The translations under genes were made by a program, and so were the position numbers. From the NCBI GenBank assembly GCA_030018265.1, contig JASEFX010000001.1, forward strand, positions 53,532 to 117,531: DNA of 64,000 nt, in the 5' to 3' direction. Under the pieces are notes generated by a model. It did no database searches, was not told where the DNA came from, and saw nothing but the letters and a program-made list of their open reading frames with translations. Source of the stretch: Candidatus Saccharicenans sp. Its GTDB lineage: Bacteria > Acidobacteriota > Aminicenantia > Aminicenantales > Saccharicenantaceae. Positions 18,832-28,612 of this stretch are shown here, piece after piece; position 1 is the first letter of the stretch; every line of letters starts with the position of its first letter.

Positions 18832-21800
18832 GGCTCAAAGACACTGGCGTTTTCCTGGAATTGTTATTCTGCTGATTCTCCTGCTCTCAGGTATCAGCCT
18901 CGGTCTCCAGCAGAATAAGGAAAGCGCCGGTAAAGCAGTTTTTTCGGATAAAATCCCGCTGACGGCGAAAGACCTGGAACTTTTTACATGGCGCCATATC
19001 GGCCCCTGGCCTTTCTCCGGGCGAATAACCAACATCGCGGTTCCTCCCGGACAGAGTCAGACTTATTATGTTCTTACTGCTTCCGGTGGTGTCTGGAAAA
19101 CAGTAGATGGCGGGACTCATTTTGAACCGATATTTGAAAAATACGGCAATCAGAGCATGGGTTACCTGGCGATCGCGCCTTCGAACCCTGATATACTGTA
19201 CCTGGGAACTGGTGAGCCGATACACAGCCGGATGGCTTTTCGTGGAAATGGTGTGTGGAAATCGACAGACGGCGGTAAAACCTGGATTCATGCCGGTCTC
19301 GAAAAAAGTTATTTCATCAACAAAATTGAAGTAGATTCAAAAAATCCGGACATAGTTTACGTGGCGGCTGAAGGAAAATTGTATGACGATACCGACCAGG
19401 ACTGTGAGCGCGGCCTTTACAAATCGACTGACGGCGGCAAGACCTGGACCAGGGTTCTCGACCTCAAGGACAGGGTGGTGGGCGATTTTGTCATGGACCC
19501 GACGAATTCTGACGTGGTGATTGCCGCCGCTTACAAGATTTACAGAAGAACCTGGACCTTTCTCGACCGGCAGCCGGGAAATCATCTCTGGAAGACAACC
19601 GATGGAGGCAAGACCTGGAAAAAATTAACAAACGGTCTTCCTGACCTTGACCGTCTTAAGACCGGCAGAAACGGTCTGGCCATTTTCCCGAAGAATCCCA
19701 GAATTGTCTATCTCCGCCTGGACGAAGAAGTTAACCTCGGGCTGAGCGAAAGAGAAGGGGCAGCGCTTTACAACCAGAGAGCTCTCTTTCGTGACGGCTT
19801 TTATCTAAACAGATTTAAGGAATACAGGATAAAACCTGAATTACTCAAACACGTCAAATTCGAACATATCAGAGCGGATAAAGTCGAGGACCTGGTGAAC
19901 AAACTTAACGACCTGGTGCGAGACCCTGACCTGCTAAAAAAGTCAGCCGTCAACTGGAAACCTTTGCTGGCTGCCGCCAGAAAGACTTATTCCGGGGATG
20001 AGGTTGGACTTTCTGCTGTAGAAGAAACCGAAAAAATTCTGAAAAGAGCTGAGGAAGGGGAGAAGGATCTGCTGAAATTGAACCGTCTGGTGCTGACAGC
20101 GCTGCTGGCTGAATCCTCAGGGTTTGACCCTGTTAACTTCACCATCAGGGACCGGGCTCAGGTTTCGGTCAGCAAGAATTTCCTCGACAGCCTGACTTTT
20201 GACGAAAAGTACATCAGGAACGAAGCCTTTCTTATTGATAACCTTCAGAACATGGTGGCTGATGTGAATTTGCTGGTCAAGTTAAAAATTAATCCGGCCT
20301 CTGTTTTCAGCAGGGCGAAGAATGTTTATAAAGAAAGAAAGGATGTGCTGGATCTGTTAAAGGAAGGTGAGAATCTGGCCCGGGATTATGATCAGATAAA
20401 AGGACGCTACCAGACCCTGAACCGCTGCCTTCTGGATATCCTTTACGCCGAAGCCCTGGGGGTGATGCAGCCGGTGAAAAAGTCCGGTGTTATATATCGT
20501 TCTGAAGACCAGGGAGAGACCTGGAAAAGAATGACTGAGTACCGGATGGTGGGCGGAAGCGAAGTGGTTAACCAGGTGGAAGCCGGATACTACGGCCGGT
20601 TAACCGTGGACCCGAATGACGACAAGGTGCTGATAGCTCCTGAGACCAGGACGATCATTTCGCGCGATGCCGGCCGGACGTTCCAGTTTGCCAACTGGGA
20701 AGGCTTCAAAAAATGCCATGTTGATTCCAGGGCGGTCTGGATAGATCCGCTCAATTCCAAACACATACTAAACGCCAACGACGGCGGTTTGAGCGAGAGC
20801 TGGGATGGAGGGCAGCACTGGTCGCAGAAGGAAACGATCCCGGCCCAGCAGTTCTACGACGTTTGGGTTGATAACGAATTACCGTATAACGTTATGGGTG
20901 GAACGCAGGATAACGGCTGCTGGTTCGGCCCGTCCCGTACCCGGAATCCTAACGGAGTTTACCCGGCTGACTGGCTATATCTACCGTCCGGAGACGGTTT
21001 TTACGTCGTTCGCGACTGGTGGAACCCGGAATTCATTTACTGGGAAAGCCAGTTCGGCGCCTCCCGGCGGATGAATTTCAAGACGGGAGAAACCATTTCT
21101 CTGGCTCCGAGGTACACTCCGGAGGAAGAAGCTGCAGGAGCCCCACCGTTGCGTTTTCAGTGGAACGCGCCCATTTATCTTTCACCGCACAATCCGGGAA
21201 TTGTTTTCGTCTGTTCACAGTTTGTTCACCGCTCACTGAGCCACGGCGACCCCGGCACCTGGGAAATAATCTCGCCCGACCTCAGCAAACAGGATAAGGA
21301 AAGGATTAATCTTTCCAAAAAGACAAACCTTCAGTATGCCACCATCTATACTTTTGCCGAGTCCCCGAAAAAGCCCGGGATTTACTGGGCCGGAACCGAT
21401 GACGGCAATCTGCAGCTGAGCACGAATTTCGGTAATACCTGGACGAACATCACTGCCAGTTTCTACGATTCTAAAGGAAAACCAAAACCGGGCATAAAGG
21501 GAGCGCTGATTCCTTATGACCGCTGGGTGGTCAGAGTCCTGCCGAGTCAGCATGATGCGAACACCTGTTACGTGGTTTATTCTGGCTACCGCACCCACAA
21601 TGAAGATAAAACTTATGTTTACGTCACCAGAGACCTTGGGAAAACCTGGGAAGACATTTCCGCCGGCATGAACAACCCGGCCAATGATATCGAAGAAGAC
21701 CCGCACAACCCGAATATTCTGTATTTAGCCACAGATTATGGAATCTATGTGACTTTCAACCAGGGCAAAAACTGGATGCGACTGACCGGTCCTCAGGTTC

Positions 21801-22324
21801 CGGATGTGATCATCCACGACCTGGCCATTCAGAAAAGAGACCGTGACCTGGTGGTGGCCACCTACGGGCGTGGCATCTACATCATAGACATCTATCCTTT
21901 CAAAGAATTTACCGAAGAGAACCTGAAGCAGGATGCCTATCTGTTTGAGGTTCAGGAAGGAATTCTCTGGCAGATGAATGACCGACGGGGCCAGTCTTAC
22001 GGTGAATTTGCCAGCGCTCCGAACCCTCCGGTCGGAGTGAACATCTATTATTATTTGAAAAACCAGGCTTCGAAAGTATCTCTGGTGGTCAGGGATTTTG
22101 ACGGCGCTGTCGTTCAGGAAATTAACGGCCCGGTCTCGGCCGGAGTTCAGAGAGTATTCTGGGGTTTAAACCGCCGGGCGGAACAACCGGCCGGACAGTT
22201 TGGATTTGGCCGTTTCGGGCCAAGAATGGTCGACCCCGGGCTGTATAAGGTCATCCTGATGGTAGATGGCAAAGAGGTAATGAGCCGGACGGTCAGGGTG
22301 AGTCCGGATCCGCTGTATAAATAA
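18815..22324 (+). CDS. Secreted VPS10/sortilin-like BNR (Asp-box) beta-propeller protein with a large helical insertion
   Basis: Signal peptide, WRHIGP..SGRI and many SxDGGxTW Asp-boxes. GGTQDNG, GDGF and GTDDGN motifs. FlgD-like C-terminal Ig domain. Confidence 0.85.
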   Translation: MKKRIKAQRHWRFPGIVILLILLLSGISLGLQQNKESAGKAVFSDKIPLTAKDLELFTWRHIGPWPFSGRITNIAVPPGQSQTYYVLTASGGVWKTVDGGTHFEPIFEKYGNQSMGYLAIAPSNPDILYLGTGEPIHSRMAFRGNGVWKSTDGGKTWIHAGLEKSYFINKIEVDSKNPDIVYVAAEGKLYDDTDQDCERGLYKSTDGGKTWTRVLDLKDRVVGDFVMDPTNSDVVIAAAYKIYRRTWTFLDRQPGNHLWKTTDGGKTWKKLTNGLPDLDRLKTGRNGLAIFPKNPRIVYLRLDEEVNLGLSEREGAALYNQRALFRDGFYLNRFKEYRIKPELLKHVKFEHIRADKVEDLVNKLNDLVRDPDLLKKSAVNWKPLLAAARKTYSGDEVGLSAVEETEKILKRAEEGEKDLLKLNRLVLTALLAESSGFDPVNFTIRDRAQVSVSKNFLDSLTFDEKYIRNEAFLIDNLQNMVADVNLLVKLKINPASVFSRAKNVYKERKDVLDLLKEGENLARDYDQIKGRYQTLNRCLLDILYAEALGVMQPVKKSGVIYRSEDQGETWKRMTEYRMVGGSEVVNQVEAGYYGRLTVDPNDDKVLIAPETRTIISRDAGRTFQFANWEGFKKCHVDSRAVWIDPLNSKHILNANDGGLSESWDGGQHWSQKETIPAQQFYDVWVDNELPYNVMGGTQDNGCWFGPSRTRNPNGVYPADWLYLPSGDGFYVVRDWWNPEFIYWESQFGASRRMNFKTGETISLAPRYTPEEEAAGAPPLRFQWNAPIYLSPHNPGIVFVCSQFVHRSLSHGDPGTWEIISPDLSKQDKERINLSKKTNLQYATIYTFAESPKKPGIYWAGTDDGNLQLSTNFGNTWTNITASFYDSKGKPKPGIKGALIPYDRWVVRVLPSQHDANTCYVVYSGYRTHNEDKTYVYVTRDLGKTWEDISAGMNNPANDIEEDPHNPNILYLATDYGIYVTFNQGKNWMRLTGPQVPDVIIHDLAIQKRDRDLVVATYGRGIYIIDIYPFKEFTEENLKQDAYLFEVQEGILWQMNDRRGQSYGEFASAPNPPVGVNIYYYLKNQASKVSLVVRDFDGAVVQEINGPVSAGVQRVFWGLNRRAEQPAGQFGFGRFGPRMVDPGLYKVILMVDGKEVMSRTVRVSPDPLYK

Positions 22325-22344
22325 CCGATTTCTGGTTAAACCCG

Positions 22345-22391
22345 CTCTGGCGGCGGGCGGGAAACTGGCGCCCGCTGCCGGAGTTGTTTTT
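22345..22391 (+). terminator. Rho-independent terminator after the VPS10-like gene
   Basis: CTCTGGCGGCGGGCG / CGCCCGCTGCCGGAG 15-bp stem including GU pairs, followed by TTGTTTTT. Confidence 0.75.
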
Positions 22392-22414
22392 AAAGACTTT
22401 CAGGGAGATGAAAT

Positions 22415-24541
22415 ATGAGAAGTTCTGCCGTCAGAGTTTCCGCAATTTTTAATTCAAAAAAATTTTTTGTGCTTTTAATGTCCCTCATTCTTTTTTCTGC
22501 AGCCTTCGCTCAATTGAGCGGAGCGACCGAGGTGAATAAGGCTGGAACTGATTTTCTGGCGCTGATGCCCTGGCCGGCGAGCGTTCAGCTGGAAGCCGGC
22601 AAATTCAGGATCACTGAAAAATTCCAGGCTGGAGGTGAGGCCCAGCCGGGAAGCCGGGTATTCAAAGCTGTTTCCAGATTTATGTCGAGGCTGGCCGGAA
22701 GAACCGGTCTTTTTCTCGAACAGGATTATCTGGCTGACCAGAGTCTGAAACCGGAAACCCGGCTGGTTTATAAGTACCAGCGCACGGGACAGCTGGTTCC
22801 AGGAGAAGACGAGTCCTATACCTTGAGCGTTAAAGCCGAGCGGATAGAGTTGAGCGCCGCTACCGACCTGGGAATTCTAAGAGGGCTGGAAACATTATTG
22901 CAACTGCTTTCAATTGATGATCAGGGTTATTATTTCCCGTGCTGTTTGATAAAAGATAAACCGAGATTCACCTGGCGCGGTCTCCTCATAGATTCCTGTC
23001 GCCATTTTATGCCGCTTGAAGTTATTAAAAGAAACCTGCTGGCGATGGCTGCCGTTAAACTGAACGTTCTCCACTGGCATCTGAGCGAAGACCAGGGTTT
23101 CAGGGTTGAATGCAAAACTTTCCCGAGACTTCATCAGCTCGGTTCAGACGGAATGTATTACACGCAGGAGCAGATTAGAGATATCATCAATTTTGCCTCG
23201 GACCTGGGCATCAGGGTGATGCCGGAGTTCGACATTCCAGGCCATTCCACCAGCTGGTTCGTCGGTTACCCGGAGTACGCCAGCTCTCCGGGTCCCTACC
23301 GGATTGAAAGGGGATTCGGAGTTTTTCATCCGGTTTTTAACCCGGCTAACCCCGCCGTTTACAGATTTTTTGACAGATTCTTCCGGGAGATGGCCGCGCT
23401 GTTTCCTGATCCTTACATGCATATCGGCGGCGACGAGGTGGAAGGAACTCACTGGAAAGAAAATCCCGGGATCAAGGCTTTCATGAAGAAGCATAACCTG
23501 CCCGACAACCATGCGCTTCAGGCATACTTCAATAAAGAGATCCTGAAAATTCTTACCAAGTACAACAAAAAGATGGTCGGCTGGGACGAAATTTACCAGC
23601 CCGGACTGCCGAAGGATATTGTAATTCAATCCTGGAGGGGCACGCAGGCACTGGTGGACGGAGCCCGGAAAGGTTATCAGGGAATTTTGTCCAGCGGATA
23701 CTATATCGATCTCTGTGAGTCAGCCGAAAGACATTATCTGAATGACCCGATTCCTTCTGATTCTCCGCTTACAGAAGAGGAAAAGAAGCTTATTCTTGGA
23801 GGCGAAGCCACCATGTGGGCGGAACTGGTTACACACGAGACTGTTGATTCGAGAATCTGGCCGCGGACGGCGGCAATTGCCGAAAGGCTCTGGTCGCCAC
23901 AGGAAATAGCCGATGTGGATGATATGTACCGGCGGCTGGAAACGATTTCTGTTCAGCTGGAGGAACTCGGGGTGCAGCATCTTCGCAATCAAAGGATGAT
24001 GCTCAGACGGCTGATTAATGCGGTAAATTACAGTCAGGAGGAATTCGAGTCGCTTCTAAAGCTGGCCACCATCAGCGAACCGGTCAAGGGCTATGCCAGG
24101 CACAGTCTGGGGAAGAAGTATAGCTCACTTTCCCCGCTTACCCGTTTTGTGGATTGCTGTTTTCCTGAATCCCTGGAGGGAAGGAAATTCTGCAAGCTGG
24201 TTGAGAATTACCTGAATTCCGCCCGTAAGGAAAACTTGAAGGAAATTAAAAATTATTTAGAGAGTTACAAAAAAATCATCTCTCCCGCTGTGAGCCTGTC
24301 CGGTAGAGTGCCGGCCCTCAAAGAGATAGTTCCGCTTGCCGATAACTTAAGAGAGACGGTCCTGATTATGGAGAAAGCGCTTGAGTTTTTTGAAAAGGGC
24401 CACAGACCGGAAGCCGAATGGGTAAAATTCAACCAGCAGAGGCTTAAAGAAGCTAAAAAGCCACAGGGTGAATGTCTGCTGTCCATAATTCCTGCGGCCG
24501 GAAAATTGCTGGAAGCTCTTGAGAAAAACCATGGTAAATAG
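22415..24541 (+). CDS. Beta-N-acetylhexosaminidase, GH20
   Basis: WRGLLIDSCRHF, HWHLSEDQG, PEFDIPGH, catalytic HIGGDE and WPRTAAIAERLWS. Confidence 0.95.
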   Translation: MRSSAVRVSAIFNSKKFFVLLMSLILFSAAFAQLSGATEVNKAGTDFLALMPWPASVQLEAGKFRITEKFQAGGEAQPGSRVFKAVSRFMSRLAGRTGLFLEQDYLADQSLKPETRLVYKYQRTGQLVPGEDESYTLSVKAERIELSAATDLGILRGLETLLQLLSIDDQGYYFPCCLIKDKPRFTWRGLLIDSCRHFMPLEVIKRNLLAMAAVKLNVLHWHLSEDQGFRVECKTFPRLHQLGSDGMYYTQEQIRDIINFASDLGIRVMPEFDIPGHSTSWFVGYPEYASSPGPYRIERGFGVFHPVFNPANPAVYRFFDRFFREMAALFPDPYMHIGGDEVEGTHWKENPGIKAFMKKHNLPDNHALQAYFNKEILKILTKYNKKMVGWDEIYQPGLPKDIVIQSWRGTQALVDGARKGYQGILSSGYYIDLCESAERHYLNDPIPSDSPLTEEEKKLILGGEATMWAELVTHETVDSRIWPRTAAIAERLWSPQEIADVDDMYRRLETISVQLEELGVQHLRNQRMMLRRLINAVNYSQEEFESLLKLATISEPVKGYARHSLGKKYSSLSPLTRFVDCCFPESLEGRKFCKLVENYLNSARKENLKEIKNYLESYKKIISPAVSLSGRVPALKEIVPLADNLRETVLIMEKALEFFEKGHRPEAEWVKFNQQRLKEAKKPQGECLLSIIPAAGKLLEALEKNHGK

Positions 24542-24612
24542 AGACTCACCCGCTGCCGGTTTTAATCTTATTTAACATTCCGTTGCTTAAAGGTAGTGGC
24601 AGAGATAATTTA

Positions 24613-25674
24613 ATGCTGAAAAAAGAAATAGATAAAATTTTATCCTGTCTTCTGTTGCTGTTTTTTTCTCTTTTACTGGCTTCGTCTGCCGGGGCCAGCG
24701 AGATAACGATTAAAGACAATCTCGGACGCCGCGTGAAGATTCCTGAGAAAGTTGAAAGGATTGTCTGTCTGCAGCCGGAACTCCTGCGGATTCTGGCTGC
24801 CCTGAACAGTCAGCACCGGGTGGTGGCGGTTGACAGGTTTCCGTCTCGCTATGACCACCTGATGCGAATCATATTCCCGGATGTGGAAAAACTCCCGGTG
24901 GTGTCGATAACTGGCGAGGATGTAAACATCGAGCGTATTATCCAGCTCGAACCAGACCTGGTGCTGGTTTCTCCTTCAGAGCTTAATCTTGCAACTCAGC
25001 TGACGCGGAAATTGAAATGTCCGGTGGTGAGCCTGAGCTCGATGGGAAGTATTGAACGTCTGCTGGAGGAGATTGAAATCCTGGCCGCCATAACCGGAAA
25101 CCAGAAGCGAGGGAAAGAAATCGTTCGGTTCATGAAGGAGGAAATTAATATGGTCAGGCAGAAGAGCGCTTCTTACGGACGTAAGCCGCGCGTTTATCTC
25201 AGTTTCTGGGGTTCTATTTTAAGGTCTCCTTTCAGTTATGACCCGGTGGACCTGGCCGGTGGAATAAACCTGGCAGGCCAATTCAAGAGTGTTCACCAGG
25301 GTTCCGACACGGTTGTTCTGAAACTAGAAACTCTTCTCGGTATGGATCCTGATATTATTCTGGTGCAGGGAAACTATCCGCCCGAAGAAAGGCAAGTTAG
25401 CGTGGAAAGCGTTCTTACGGATGCCAGGCTTCAATCTTTAAAAGCCGTAAAAGAGAGAAAAGTTCATTACACCTTCGGTTTCTGGTACTGGTGGGACCCG
25501 GCGCTGGTTCTGGTGGAAAGCCATTATCTGGCAGAACTTTTTCAGAAAGGTCAGGTTGAAGGAAATTCTATTATTTCGCTGGGTGAAAGAATTTTTTATT
25601 TTTTCTATGGTCGTCCCGGCCTGTTCGAGAAGCTGTGTGCTAAAATAAAGGCTTATGAGTGGTTTCAGAATTAG
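24613..25674 (+). CDS. Iron-siderophore/cobalamin ABC transporter substrate-binding protein
   Basis: ITIKDNLGRRVKIP..VERIV and NIERIIQLEPDLV motifs. Signal peptide. Confidence 0.85.
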   Translation: MLKKEIDKILSCLLLLFFSLLLASSAGASEITIKDNLGRRVKIPEKVERIVCLQPELLRILAALNSQHRVVAVDRFPSRYDHLMRIIFPDVEKLPVVSITGEDVNIERIIQLEPDLVLVSPSELNLATQLTRKLKCPVVSLSSMGSIERLLEEIEILAAITGNQKRGKEIVRFMKEEINMVRQKSASYGRKPRVYLSFWGSILRSPFSYDPVDLAGGINLAGQFKSVHQGSDTVVLKLETLLGMDPDIILVQGNYPPEERQVSVESVLTDARLQSLKAVKERKVHYTFGFWYWWDPALVLVESHYLAELFQKGQVEGNSIISLGERIFYFFYGRPGLFEKLCAKIKAYEWFQN

Positions 25675-26680
25675 CCACAGAAAAAAACGCTGTTTGTATC
25701 TGGCGGCTGCTTTTTTCCCTTTGATCCTGTTTCTGATTTCTCTGAGTCTGGGAACAGTCAGCGTTACGCCGGGCCAGGTATTAAAAGTTTTTATTTCTAA
25801 AATAAGCGGTTCGAATCTGGAGGCTCTTCCGGAAAACATAACCAGCATTGTCTGGAATATCAGACTGCCGAGGCTTCTTTTAGCCCTTCTGACAGGTGCG
25901 GCCTTCTCTGTTTCCGGAGCTTCGTTACAGTCAATCTTCAGAAATCCACTGGTTAACGAATATGTTCTTGGGGTCTCTTTCGGGTCGGGTTTCGGCGCGG
26001 CTGTTTCCCTGGTGCTGCTCGGCCGCCATTTCCCGCCCCAGATTCTGGCTTTCGGATGCGGACTGCTGGCCGTTTTTCTCGTGCTGATGCTGGCTGAGGG
26101 CGCCAGGAATACGCCCCTTTCGGTACTCCTGACCGGCATTGTGGTTTCGGCTTTTTTTCAGGCTTTGCTTTCAGCCGTGGAGTTTGTGGCCAGCCCTTAC
26201 GCTCTGCAGGCGCTTTTTTTCTGGTTGCTGGGGAGCTTCTCCCAGGTCACCTGGGCCGACCTTTTCTGGTCAGCTCCTCTGGTCATCGCCGGATTGTTTT
26301 TAATGATAAAAATGAGCTGGAGGGTTAACGTCCTCAGTCTGAACGAAGACGAAGCCCGGGCAATCGGCCTCTCCGTAAAAAGAGAGAGAATTCTGATCAT
26401 CTGTCTGGCCACCCTGATTACTTCTGCGGTGGTTTCTGTGGCCGGAATAATCGGCTGGGTTGGTCTTATCGTTCCCCATGCGGTCAGAGGGCTGGCCGGA
26501 GCAGATAACAGGCTGGTTATGCCCCTTTCTGCCGGTTTCGGAGCAGGTCTGATGATTCTGGCTGATGATCTGATCAGAGTTTTTTCCCCGTATGAGCTTC
26601 CTGTGGGAATAATCACCAGCCTGGTGGGCATTCCATTCTTTCTCTATCTTATTAAAAGAACTCCACACAGCTGGAGTTAA
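25655..26680 (+). CDS. FecCD/BtuC family ABC permease
   Basis: IRLPR, FRNPL, EARAIG, IGWVGLIVPH and ELPVG motifs. Confidence 0.92.
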   Translation: MSGFRISHRKKRCLYLAAAFFPLILFLISLSLGTVSVTPGQVLKVFISKISGSNLEALPENITSIVWNIRLPRLLLALLTGAAFSVSGASLQSIFRNPLVNEYVLGVSFGSGFGAAVSLVLLGRHFPPQILAFGCGLLAVFLVLMLAEGARNTPLSVLLTGIVVSAFFQALLSAVEFVASPYALQALFFWLLGSFSQVTWADLFWSAPLVIAGLFLMIKMSWRVNVLSLNEDEARAIGLSVKRERILIICLATLITSAVVSVAGIIGWVGLIVPHAVRGLAGADNRLVMPLSAGFGAGLMILADDLIRVFSPYELPVGIITSLVGIPFFLYLIKRTPHSWS

Positions 26681-26682
26681 AG

Positions 26683-27441
26683 GTGGAAGTCAGAGTTTCT
26701 GGACTCAGGGTCGGTTACGAAAATTTTCAGCTTCAGGTTGATCAGCTTTATTTCCAGGAGAAACGGATTTCGGTCATAATCGGTCCGAACGGGGCCGGAA
26801 AGTCGACTTTTCTTAAAGCTCTTACCGGCCTGATCAAAAGCCCGCGCGGAACTGTCTTCATCGATGGTTATGACCTGGCCGGACTCAGCTCCCGGGAAAG
26901 AGCGGCGCTTGTAAGTTATGTTCCGCAGGAACACAGCGCTGCGCTGAATTTCCAGGTTTTCGATTTTATCCTGATGGGCAGAAGCGGGCACCTGCACCTT
27001 TTTTCCTCGCCATCCAGAGATGATTACCGGAAGGTGGAAGAAATAATTGCTTACCTGGGAATCGAAAAGCTGGCTTCGAGGAAGTATATGGAGCTCAGCA
27101 GCGGCGAAAGACGGATAGTGCTGATGGCCAGAGCTCTGGCTCAGGATTCCAGAATCATCATACTCGATGAGCCGACCACTTTTCTCGACCTGAAACACGA
27201 AATGGAAATAGTGGAGTTTCTTAAGAAACTTTCAACCGAACGACAGCAGACCATTATCTGTTCGCTCCACAGCCTGGACCTGGTTCCGAGACTGGCTGAT
27301 TTCTTAGTGATGATAAAAAGCGGGAGGGTGCTGGCTGCCGGAGAAATGCCCGATGTCTTCCGGACAGAGCTTCTGGCCGAGCTTTACGATTATCCTCTTC
27401 AGGTGATAGAAACTGAAGGGCGGAAGATTATTCTAAGATAA
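26683..27441 (+). CDS. FepC/BtuD-type ABC ATPase
   Basis: Walker A GPNGAGKST, signature LSSGE and Walker B ILDEPT. Confidence 0.93.
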   Translation: MEVRVSGLRVGYENFQLQVDQLYFQEKRISVIIGPNGAGKSTFLKALTGLIKSPRGTVFIDGYDLAGLSSRERAALVSYVPQEHSAALNFQVFDFILMGRSGHLHLFSSPSRDDYRKVEEIIAYLGIEKLASRKYMELSSGERRIVLMARALAQDSRIIILDEPTTFLDLKHEMEIVEFLKKLSTERQQTIICSLHSLDLVPRLADFLVMIKSGRVLAAGEMPDVFRTELLAELYDYPLQVIETEGRKIILR

Positions 27442-27454
27442 ACAGAGATCTTTT

Positions 27455-28612
27455 TTACTTCAGTTTTTCTTCGCTGACAAAATTTCTGTATGGCGAAAGA
27501 TAGGAGAGAATTTCCTCATCGTCCGGGCCGGGCTGACCGGCAACCAGTCTGGTCAGCAGTTCGGCCACTCCGGGACCCAGCATAAAACCCTGACCGCACA
27601 TGCCAACTGCCAGCAGGAAGCCTTCAACTTCTTTTGACCAGCCGACGATCGGGAAACCGTCAGGTGTCATCGGGTAAAGTCCGCGCCAGGTTCTCCGGAC
27701 TCTGATGTTCTGCAGCCTGGGCATCAGCTCAATCATCCGGCGCGAGACCATCGGCAGGAATTCGCTCGTTTCCCTTTCGTCGAATCCCCAGATGCTCGGG
27801 TTCGGAGTGATGCAGAAAATTATCTGGCCGGTGGCATGCTGATAAAAATAATAATTGGCGGACCCTTTTACCGGACGTAGATCGACGATCATCGGGTCAA
27901 AAAATCTTTTCACCGGCTCGGTGACCGCGGCTTCATGAGAGTCCGGTTTTACCGGAATCTCCATGCCGGCCATTCTGGCAATTTCAGCTGCCCAGGCACC
28001 GGCGGCATTGATGACCACGGGAGCTGCGTAACGGCCGGTTTCAGTGACAACTCCGCTGATTTTTCCACCTTCTGTAACCAGCTCCCGGACATTTTCTCTG
28101 AATCTGAACTCTGCTCCGGCTCTCAGCGCATGGCGGTAAAATGCCTCCACCGCCAGCAGCGGTGAAGCATGTCCGTCTTCCGGAGAATAGGTGCCGCCAC
28201 GAAGGCCGCGAGGATTCAAATCGGGGAGGAGCTTCCTCAGCTCGTCAGCCTCCAGCCAGTCTATCTTCAACCCGTATTTTTTCTGAACGGGAAGAACGCT
28301 TTTCAGAGTTTTCTCTTCTTCTTCCCGGTAAGCGACAAAACAATAGCCGCCCTGCAGCCACTCGATATCGTCTCCGTAGGTTTCTTTCCAGGTGGAAAAA
28401 ATTTTCAGACTTCTCAGTCCGAGTCTGATCTTTGCCGGGTCTGAATGGGTGGCCCTGAGCCCGCCGATAGCTCGTTTGTTTGAGCTCTGTCCGGGACTCG
28501 GATTTCTGTCAATCACCAGAACCTTAAATCCTTTCTGCGCCAGAAAAAGAGCGGTCGGAGTTCCGACGCTCCCGGCTCCGATGACAATCACGTCGTACTC
28601 AGCGCGGCTCAT
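27455..28612 (-). CDS. FAD-dependent oxidoreductase (proline dehydrogenase/sarcosine oxidase beta-like, DAO family)
   Basis: VIGAGSVG, NAAGAWA, WRGLYPMTPDG and GQGFMLGP motifs. Start moved to MSRAEYD at 28612. Confidence 0.88.
   Translation of the reverse strand: MSRAEYDVIVIGAGSVGTPTALFLAQKGFKVLVIDRNPSPGQSSNKRAIGGLRATHSDPAKIRLGLRSLKIFSTWKETYGDDIEWLQGGYCFVAYREEEEKTLKSVLPVQKKYGLKIDWLEADELRKLLPDLNPRGLRGGTYSPEDGHASPLLAVEAFYRHALRAGAEFRFRENVRELVTEGGKISGVVTETGRYAAPVVINAAGAWAAEIARMAGMEIPVKPDSHEAAVTEPVKRFFDPMIVDLRPVKGSANYYFYQHATGQIIFCITPNPSIWGFDERETSEFLPMVSRRMIELMPRLQNIRVRRTWRGLYPMTPDGFPIVGWSKEVEGFLLAVGMCGQGFMLGPGVAELLTRLVAGQPGPDDEEILSYLSPYRNFVSEEKLK

Noticed and set aside
24541..24613. Cobalamin riboswitch before the ABC transporter
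   Set aside because: The gap is too short and no B12-box motif is visible.
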